Positions 27,401 to 37,555 of a DNA stretch of 64,000 nucleotides are shown one piece after another. Both the position numbers and the translations under genes were made by a program. The stretch's first letter is position 1; each line of letters begins with the position of its first letter. Where the stretch lies: NCBI GenBank assembly GCA_018398765.1, contig JAHBMJ010000488.1, positions 62,001 through 126,000 on the forward strand. The letters are read 5' to 3'. The notes beneath the pieces were generated by a model. That model did no database searches, was not told where the DNA came from, and saw only the letters and a list, made by a program, of their open reading frames with translations. This stretch comes from Chromera velia (taxonomy: Eukaryota).

Positions 27401-30400
27401 GGATGCGTGGCCAACACATAAACTTCTTTCGTTTGATACTTTATACACGCAGAGACAAGTGAACCATTTCAAGAATATCTCCAGGTCGAATCGTCGCCGG
27501 ACCGGAGATGGAAGACTTCGAGTGTCGTGTGTGTGAATGTATGTACCTATATCTGTATGCATATCTGTGTGAATGATATGTATGTAGAGACGTGCACCGA
27601 ACGCATTTTGTTTTTTCTGGAATACGTATCTACCTCATGTAATGTGACTCTATGTGCAGGTGGGGCCTTCCGAGGATGAGGAGACGGAAGGGTACCGGAG
27701 TCCGGAGGCACTCTTCCCTGAGTTCTATCTTGGGCAGGGGGGGCAGCATTCGTACTCTTCTGCTTCGTCTTCGTCAGGGGAAGACGGGACGGTGGACGGA
27801 GGAGGTTTTGAGGAGGAGGGAGAGAGTTTCAAAGGGAGAGAGAATGTGATGGGTTCGTTAGAGGAAGAGGAAGAGGGGGGGCACTCTGGGTGGCGGCAGC
27901 CGTCGTATGACTTGTGGTCGCTTGGAGTGGTACTGCTAGAGATTGTCCTGGGAGAAATTGGCGTGTTTGAAATGGGGGACGAGAGGAAACGAGCCAAGGT
28001 AATAGTGACTCACGTAGAGATTTGCCGGATGCTTTGATTTGTAATGTGTGACGGGGGAGGAGGGCAGCTAGGAGACACAGAAGTTATGAAGGCCGAGTTT
28101 GTTGGTTGAGTCTATAGCGGGGACCTATTAAGTTGGTGATGTCTGGGGAAGGGCAGACAGGATGTATGAGAGGAGAGGAGAGGAGAGGAGAGGAGAGGAG
28201 AGAAATGGACAAGCGAGGGAGTGGGAGAACGCTTTCTTTCGGACCTCGTTCTTGTTGTGGAGCCTATTTTTTATTTTTTCTTTCTGGAGACGGAATGAGT
28301 CTTATTGCATTCGTTTTGGTTTGTCTCTGTCGTTCGGAATCGGACGAAGAAGAGTGGGAGTGTGGAGAGAAAGTGCGGGCTGGTTCCTTTGATTGCCTAC
28401 TTGTCCTTTGCTCGTTTTTCTGTTTGACTTTTTGAATGAATGAATGAATGAATGAGTCTGTCAGTCTGTCTGTTGGTCCGTTCGTCAGTCATTCTTCCGC
28501 CCTCTTTGTGTTTTCGTCTGGTCACTCTGTCCTTGCATGCACCAAATTCTTGAACCTTCTATTTGAAATTCTCTGGATAGCGAACGGAGTGGGTCTCTTT
28601 TCTGCCTCTCTCATGTTCTTATTCGCCTCTCTCCTCTCTTCTCCTCTCTGAATTGAGTGTGTGTGTGTGTGTGTGTGTGTCTGTGTGTGTGTGCAGATCG
28701 AAAAACTATTGGAGGATGATGAACGTCTAAGGCAGCACGTTCTCTTCCTTCACGCACTCCAGGGTAAGGTAGACAGATCGAATTAATTATGTTCTCTCAG
28801 ATCGATGCATGCCGTGCTTCTGTTTTCTCGCATTGTTTTTTCTTCTTCTCTTCTCTTCTCTTCTCTTCTCTTCGTTCGTCATTCTTCTTCTTCTTCTTCT
28901 TCTTCTTCTTCTTCTTCCTCTTCTGTTATTCCTCCCTTCTTCCCTACCCCCCTCTCTTCTTCTTTCTGCTGCCTGCAGAGATGTGCCTGGGGCCCCTACC
29001 TGCGATGCCCCTGCATGAGAGACCGCGGTGGAGACAGAGCCGGGACAAGAAGAGAGAGGAAGGAAACAACGGCAACGAGGGGCAACAACAAGAAGGGGGT
29101 CTGGAAAGCGACACAGGGGAGTCATCTCTGTCTCTCTCTCGACGGGCACGGACAGCGGAAAGGGAAGACACCGAGAGCAGCTCAGAGAATGAGAAGTGGG
29201 AGGGAGATGATGGAGATGTGGTGTCATTTGAACCTTCAAAGGACTATAGGGCTTCGAAACAATCGGGTGACTGGGGGGACTTGAATGAAAATGACGAATG
29301 GCCTGCGGCAGGAAAAGAAATCGAATCTTCTCCTGCTGCTGCTTCTGCGTCTTCTACCTCTGTATGTGCTACTGAGGGGCCTGTAAATCGTGTCGGTGAA
29401 GAAAGTCCTGCTCCAACCGAAATGACTGCTGACGAATCTGTTTGTATCTTTCAGGGAGAACCGATGACCATCGCATGGGCTGATCACGGAGGTGATTCTA
29501 ATTCAGGGAATGTTGTAACGATAGTCTCAGCTGAGAGATACGGTAGCGCTCCACAGTGTACAGAGAGAGAAGGATCCGGTTTCCCCGATCCTTCTCTCGT
29601 TGTGTCAGAAACAGACACAGCATTCATGTCCTCGTCATCTGCTCCTGGCCTTACTTTATCATGGCAAGACTTCGAGGAGGAGGATGGAGGTTTGCTTTTT
29701 CTTCCCGACAGCCCCCGAACACAGCATTCCTTTTCCAGTTCGTCCAACACACAACAGTCTGGTAGATCCCGCGGTGAGGGAACGGACGTGACTCCTCTGC
29801 CCCTTTCGGGTCGAAATTTTCGACCTGTGCTTCCTGCGGGGGCTTCTTCCTTTTTGGAAATGAAATCCTCCACATCGATCTCGCCCTCAAAATCCCCCGT
29901 GTCGCTTGATGAAAGCGCTATGAAAGATCCAAAGGAGACAAAAAGATTTGAATTGGAGGGGGGAGAGGAGGACCGAGGCGGACAGGCGGGAGATGAAGGA
30001 GGCACAACAACAAGAGGGAGAGGAGGACCAAAAATGGAAGTCCCAAAACACTGCTCAGACCCCCAGGTGAGGAGAAGGGAAGAGACAAACGAAATTCGAA
30101 ATGGAAGGAGAGACAGGCCTGTCTGCTCAATGACCGTTCTTGTCTGAATGAATCAATCCTCCGGCTTTTGTTTCAACAATAATCTTCGCCGTCATGCAAT
30201 GTGTCTCTTCCCTTTTTCCCTTCATTCTGGGGTGTGTTCGTCCATTCACCCTGTCCTTTTCTCCACCCCAGGGAGCCGGTCCGCCCCTTTGGCCTGCGTC
30301 CCATAAAAGAAAAAGAAAAAAGAAGGGTCCCTCCCTGGAAAAAACAGAAGGGAAGGGAAGACACGCAATCTGATATTCAAATGCAAAGAACAGGAACGGC

Positions 30401-30668
30401 GGAACCTCTTCTGTCCATCTTTTTGTTTTCTATCTCTCCTTTTCGTTCTTTTCAGTTTGCTGAAGCTTTGAGGAGCCGCGATCCCTGAAAAGAATTCTGT
30501 ACGAAAATAAATGCATGCATCTTTTCAGTTTGCTGAAGCTTTGAGGAGCCGCGATCCCTCTGGCGTCGGGCTCCCCGTCTCTCTGGCTCGGGATCTTCTG
30601 AGGAAACTGCTCGAGGTGCAGCCCCAAGTGAGCAGCCAGACAGCGAGTTGCCACAAGCACTCGATTGA

Positions 30669-30700
<32 letters not shown>

Positions 30701-31058
30701 TTTTTCTTTTTTTCTGTTCTATTTTTGCATTCATTGTATCGATATAATTGACTTGTCTGTGGATAATCTATTGTCCTTTATCCCTTGCTTTGGTCGCCCT
30801 GCTTTTGATTTAATCGAGTCTTCGTGTTGTTCCCCTTTTCTTCTTTCCTTTTAGTGATTTTCTCTTTTTGGTCCCAAGTTCGCTCCAGCTGTCTCAGAGA
30901 CTCACCTGACACTTGTGCAGAAACGCATCACGGCCAAGCAGGCGCTCGAGCATCCCTACTTCAGTTTGACTGATGAGGAGGTCGGTTTTCCTTTTTCGCA
31001 GCTTTCTTTTCTTTTCTTACCCTTTCTTTGCCGAGTTGCTTGCCTCTATTGCCTGTGA
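24496..31058 (+). CDS. Ser/Thr protein kinase with N-terminal signal peptide and large low-complexity inserts (resembles the At3g63330-type kinase family), ~10 exons; last exon end uncertain
   Basis: Exons 24496-24827, 25111-25264 (LGKGAFGE), 25487-25597 (VW...VVLKRLLVE...LSGERE), ~26114-26851 (IYFGELF...LWLVFADEG...FWWSLK), ~27122-27328 ([17 protein letters not shown]), ~27660-27998 ([18 protein letters not shown]), ~28697-28763, ~28979-30066, 30529-30627 ([10 protein letters not shown]), 30921- ([13 protein letters not shown]). All main catalytic residues are present. Confidence 0.88.
30447..30559. mobile_element. Micro-hairpin insertion, copy 3 (half element), with perfect 40-bp direct repeat duplicating a kinase splice acceptor
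   Basis: 30447-30486 is identical to 30520-30559. The 33-bp insert GAAAAGAATTCTGTACGAAAATAAATGCATGCA matches one arm of copies 1 and 2. Confidence 0.75.
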
Positions 31059-31874
31059 GTCCGGACACTTTTTTGTTCGGCTGATTTCCTCAGCTGATCG
31101 TTCGACTGACTTCCTCATCTGATCAGTGATCATAGAGCGAGCGATCCGATTCACGGTTGACATTGTGTTTTTTTCTTTGGAGTGTCTGCATGGTTCCCAG
31201 CCCTAAGACTGACGCGTGTCCAAACTTTTGTGCACATGCGAGCTTCTTTGTGGTCAGTATTAGGCAGAGGTGAACAATTGCAGCCGTGCACGAAGTTTTA
31301 CTTACAGTCGTGCAACGGTGTATGTAATTGAATTCGGGCCTAACGCCTTTATAGTTCTGTTAGCTGATCATCTTTGCATCTTTGAATGGGACTGCGAATT
31401 CTTTTTGTCTACTGGATCTTCTCACTTGCTCTGACAATTCATGTCATTGGCTGGCTGCGTGCAGTTGCGTTGGATGGCGTCGGAGGAACTGGCTGTTGCT
31501 CACGCAGCATCCTCGGCATGAAGGGCTACATTCATCAGTGCAGAGAGATGCACAGAAAAAATACTGCATATTACTGCATCCTACCTAGCATCCTACTTCA
31601 CGAAACGGAATATGCGCGAAAGTTTAATAAGTTACTTTATAACCAAGAAGAAAATCGTGATAAAATAAAACATTCAATACCGTATAACAATATAGCATTA
31701 ATTAATGATCCATGTTATTTTCGCGATCCGGCCGGGTAGTCACCCCGTATATAAGTTTTTTTGTGTTTTTCTTTTTTTTTGAATGATATATACCATTATG
31801 TTTTTAAAAACATATTTATGCGGAGAACGGACATGCAGACATCATCATGTTAGTGCACATTACACCATCGCCTC

Positions 31875-34800
31875 TATAACGGGCGTACTATAAGGGCTCA
31901 TAACTTGCACTGCCTTCTAGAGCTAAAGACAATCCTTATGATAACGTCCAGAGAGCTCTCACTATTGGAGGGAGAAGTCCATCGGTAAGTCTGACAGTCT
32001 AACCTCATACGATGACTTTTTGAATCAGGCCCACTCTTATGCTTGATCTATTGATTACATCACTGCGCATGCATGCTCATCTATCGATCAGTCAGTCTAC
32101 GCGCGCGCCCGCGAGCCATTCCGTTCTCACACAGGCCGAGGCCGCCGAACTAAGCGATACCAATTCTAGTTAAGTCACCTTAAGTACCCTACAAGACTCC
32201 TGGCAATCACCTCACACATGCCCGCCCACCAAACCAACGTCCACGCTTGGTTGAAATGCAAGCATGCACCTCACACATGCTCGCTCACAGGGCGGGTGGT
32301 TGGGAAAATCCACACAACAAACAATTTCAGACACTCTGACTCGTAACTCTTACCTGAGAGTCTCCTTGTGCAGTCTCTGAAAAACACACAAGCGAGATCA
32401 AAGATTAATTGATTAAGTGTTCGCATGCAATGCATCGTGAACTTCAAGTCCAAGCACTCATACGTATGACTTGTCTCAGGGGATTCATGTGATTTCTGGC
32501 TGGACCAATACGATTGGATGCACTCTGTTTCTCTCCCTCTTGTTCCAGACTCTTCCCATCAAGGGTCACTGGATGAATGCATTAGGTGCATTATCTAAGC
32601 GATTGAAGAATAAGACTCGAGTCACCCTGGTTCTATGGATCGCGATCTTTCCCTTCCTATGAATAGATACCGAGTAGGTATCATACCATGCAGCCTGTCA
32701 TAAATCTAGAAGGCACACACAATGCGGCCACTACTGTGTACACCCTGGGCACCCCCCCCACGCAGCACACACACACTCGCTGAGAGCATAAAGAAGCTCA
32801 ACTCTGCGCACTCAGAAGACTCGAGACTTTGAAACTCCATAGCCGACTACCTGCTGACTGAGCAAGGCAATCAACTCAGAGGTCAACAAGAACACACTTT
32901 CCAGCCAGACCAAAAGCAGAGAGCAATTCAAGGCACACACATTCAGAACAAAAGCAAACTGGAGTGCTGCGCTGGCTTGCATATGGATATCATTCGCAGG
33001 GTTTGACTCCCTGATACGAATGACCAAAACGCCTTCCACCCGCCGGCCTATAACACATACAACGTGCGCTGCACGCTCACCCCCAATGCTCCTCACAGCG
33101 GCTTCCCGCGATGTGTCAAAACTATCTGAATGACCCTGGTGTTTTCGGCTACCCTGTGATCACCTCTTCCTTTTCTACTTCATACAGCGACCACCTGTCT
33201 CTATACAGAGACAGCCCAACCTCACTGCAGAATCTGTGCCCCAAACTGCACACCAGATTCAAAAACATGAACGCTCGGGCGACTTCCTCAATTGAAATCA
33301 AGGCAACTCAACCAGAGCACAAGTCGACGCGACCGAAATGTACTACACGCATGCTGCTTCAATTGATGCGCAGTCTTCTTCTGCAGCAAGTGCATGAATA
33401 CATCCGATCTCACTCGGGCTTCGACCGTCTCGTTGCATCAACTTGAAGACACCCCATGCTTCGATCACAGTTTCTCATTCAGACAGCTCGATCGATTCTT
33501 CTCTCACATGTGCCCCTTTTATTAGAATGTTTAGCATGTTCTCTTCTCTTCTCAGGAATTAAAGAAAAACTAAAATCCACAGATCGACACACCCAACTTC
33601 CTGGCACCAAACCAAGCTCTCCGTCTGGCGTGAATGGCAATCGCCCGCTGCAATTTGAAGACATGTAGCTCACCGCAGCTTGCCCAACTGCGGGGGCAAA
33701 GAACTGTATACCCTCTTGAGCAGTCTGACCCAACATCCGAACACAGTGCGTGCTACTCTCGAAAACTCTCTAACCAAACATTGGAGATCCGATGTGCCGA
33801 CCTCTCACCCTTCTTTTCCCTTCTCTCCATCTCCTTGTTTTTCAGGGTGTCTGTTTCTCTTTGCTTTGAGTCTCGGAAGTCCATCTCCCCTTAAAGTTCC
33901 CTCTTTCTTTTCTCTGCATTATCCTCCCACACCCAGACGAACAGAGGGAAAGGTCAGAGAACAGATAGAAATAAAACACATTCACCCTCACGACATCACC
34001 TTGCCTCCTGTCTCTCTCCCCTTCTTTCAATTTTTCTTTCATTTTCTTTTCTCTCCAACTATCTTCAACCCCCATTCATCTTTCACAAATAGAGAAAAAA
34101 AACAGTTAGAGAGATTCAGAGAGACACACAAATGAGAGACGATAGACAAATACACCGGCCACCACCAACCATCATCATGAGTCTCACCCCCCACACACCA
34201 CCTCCATCTCCCCTCCAAATAAATTCCTCCAAACACAACAGAAACAGAAAAGTTCTAACAAGTTTCCAAACCTCCAAGAATCTATCTGCAATAATAGCTC
34301 CTATGTCGTGTGCTTCCGTGTGATGCAACCGCCGTGCCCCCATGGCACTTCTGCGCAGTTAGAAGGCGGCTTGAGACTCCTGGTGATGTCCAATAAATCA
34401 GACTGAGCACGAAAGAACTTTTCTCTCAACCAAAAGGTCGCTGTACCTTGATGAAGCTCCTCTGTTTCAATGTGCACAAGAAAAACACTCCTGCACAGTG
34501 GCCAAGAGATCCTGCTTCTCTCCTTGGGGCACTTTCTCCGTGGGCAACAGCGTCTCTGCTTGATGACGTCATCAGGGGTCAAAGTTAGTCTCCTCAATCT
34601 TCTCCCTCACTTCTCCCTACTTCAAGCTCCAAGTTCTCCTTCACTCCTTCTAGCAAGGTTCCATGAATACTGCTCTCCCGCCACAAGCGGCAGAAAGCAG
34701 AAACACCTCTCAGACCTCTTCAGCTCCTCATCTTCCCTCGCAACGCCATAAAATTCATGACAGAATGAAACAACACAACGGAGCTGAAAACTGTCTGAAT

Positions 34801-35268
34801 CGATCAATCCTGCGGCTGTCACTGCATAGTGTACTACTCATTTCATTGAGTGGACAGCCCACGTCTTTACTGAAAGCTCTAATAGATCTCAACAGGCTCC
34901 ATCACACTGTCTGCCCCTGTGCAACCAAAAGCTCTGCTAAACCACATATAAGGGGCGTACTATAAGGGCTCATAACTTGTACTGCCAGAGAGCTCTCACT
35001 GTTGGAGGGAGAAGTCCATCGGTAAGTCTAACAGTCTAACCTTATACGATGACTCTTTGAATCAGGCCATATCAGGCCCACTCTTATGCTTGATCTATTG
35101 ATTACATCACTGCGCATGCATGCTTGTCTATCGATCAGTCAGTCTACGCGTGCGCCCGCGAGCCATTCCGTTCTCACGCAGGCCGAGGCCGCCGAGCTAA
35201 GCAATGCCAATTCTAGTAAAGTCACCTTAAGTGCCCCACAAGCTCAGACTCCTCGCAATCACCTCACA
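31875..35268 (-). mobile_element. Non-autonomous, internally decayed LTR retrotransposon
   Basis: LTRs at 31875-32216 and 34947-35268 (~94-95% identical by eye, plus indels). 5-bp TSD GCCTC at 31870-31874 and 35269-35273. Minus-strand LTRs start TGTGAGG and end TTATA. PBS-like TGGTTTAGCAGAGC just inside the right LTR (resembles tRNA-iMet-type TGGTAGCAGAGC). G-rich PPT-like tract next to the left LTR. No intact ORF; possible frameshifted CFGCGQ zinc-knuckle remnant at ~33690-33750. Confidence 0.9.
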
Positions 35269-36019
35269 GCCTCTAGCATCGTCATCCGTTTGTAGTAGTA
35301 CGCATTAAATATTTAATGTTTGAGGTCAGCCTAGTAGGTAGTATTAGATCGACAGAGTTTAGGAGAGAGTACGTAACAGGACATTCAAAAAGTTTCCAGT
35401 CGGAGAATTTACTAGGCGGGACCGCGGCGCTGGTCCATCTGTATGGTAGTGATTACAATGGTAAACCACACCTATTTCCAATATTAAATCATCAATTTAA
35501 ATACATGCAGCTCTAGATACAGCTAGGCACGCAGTGGTGCAAGAACCATTCACCATATTGATTTAAATTATGAGAAGGCAATGTTTCAAGGCATATGCAC
35601 TAACTGAATTTTATTTATTATTAATTAATCATTGATCGAGTTAGATTGACTGATCGGAGGCCGACTGCCACTACACCTGTCCAAAGTTGTCCTGAAGATC
35701 CATCACGTGATTGAAGGATGCATCATTGTCGGGGTGACAGCGCGCAGCTTGGGCGGGCAACGGCTCTACCTCTCAGAGCTATAGACGAGCACATACAGAC
35801 GAGCATGCATCGATCAAGATAGACGCATGCATCCATTGTTCCTTCCTCTCATCCTCATGTGCCTCCATTTGTGCATGCATGCGTGCGTGCACACACCGTT
35901 CCATTCCTCGCGAGTGACACTCTTCACATGCTCATGCATGCATTGGATTGATATTGCAGTGCGTGTACAAGCATCGTCTATGATAGGCACGCACCCCATT
36001 TTCCACACAAAGTCACACA

Positions 36020-36059
<40 letters not shown>

Positions 36060-36268
36060 AAGGAGGGAGGGAGTACAGGCACATGCACACGATTTCACAA
36101 AGGCAGTCAGGAAAGTCAGTAAAAAGGAAACCGTGTAAACACACAAGAACACCAAGATGCACCTACCTACATTTCCAGCCATGCAGTGACGTGATCAAAC
36201 AGACAACGGATCGACCGATCTAATATACGCACTCCTTTTTACACCTCCCTCCCCCCCTTTCCCCCCTT

Positions 36269-37517
36269 CTACCTGTACCCCAACCACGAGAGATCCAACT
36301 GAAACTGGCGCACTTGTTTGCTGTCCAGTTCTGCAACCATCAACACAGGCTCCTTAGCATTCACCCCCAAATCAATATCGTGCGGCCAACCGTCCTCTTT
36401 TAGCCACTCCCAGGATTTCACCACCGTGCCCGAGTCTGGCCGGCGTGTGACAACAGTGGAGCCCTCTATTGAGAAAAGCAAATCAAAGAAACCACTGTAT
36501 GCCACTGCAGACAGGTGAGCTGGCCACGGTCGTTCTCTGTTCATCCTTGCAGAGGGCGTAACAAACTCAGAAGGCCAAACAGCGACAAGTTCGCCATCTG
36601 TTCGGAACACCTGAATCCTCCCGTTCTCTCTATCTGCAACAAACACCTGCCGACGGTGGGTGTCGAAGGCAACACCATGTACAATATTGAACTCCCCCTC
36701 TTTGGTCCCCCTTCTGCCCCCCCATTCTCTCAAAAACCTCCCCGTCCTCCCATCAAACACAGCAACACGCGAATTCCCGTACCCGTCAGAGATAAACACC
36801 TCCCCCGTCTCTGAGTCCTCTGCAACATCAGTAGGCGCACTGAACAACTCCCCCTCCCCACGTCTCCCTGCCTCCCCCAACCGCAAAACAACCTCCCCCG
36901 TCTGCCCGCTCAGTTTCACGACGACATTCTGACCCGAGTCCGCCACCCACACGTCTCCTTTGCTGTCACAAGTCAACCCGTGGGGCGTCACAAACAGACC
37001 GGCCCCGAACGAACCGACCACACGATTCGTGTGTGCATCGATCTGCAGAAACAAAAGAAGAGATCGAGGAAAGGCCCCGCGGGTGAAAACGGCAAAGGGT
37101 ACTATGAGAATGAGAAACGAAATGAGAGGATTTCGTTGTCGATATGCGAAAGATTTACAGAGCATATATTGTCTTTTTCGCTTCTCCTTCTCCATGCAGC
37201 ATGACAGGCAAGCCGCCGAGTAAGCAGGAAGGCCTAAGCGTACAACCGGACTCACAACAGCGGCACAGAGAGCGAAGACAAACAGGTCACGAGCAAAGCA
37301 AAATTCTCCAAAACAAAATCCGAAGAGACCCTCCCACCACACCCTAATCGAGACGGAAACTTCGACAAGCACGCAGACACAGTATCTATCTCTCAGCCAC
37401 ACCCTTCACGTCTCTCCTCATGTCCACACACACATACATACACACAGTCTACGTACCTTGAAGACATACACACAATCTACATACACAATAATAACAAAAC
37501 TGAAGCTTGTTCTCTTT

Positions 37518-37555
<38 letters not shown>

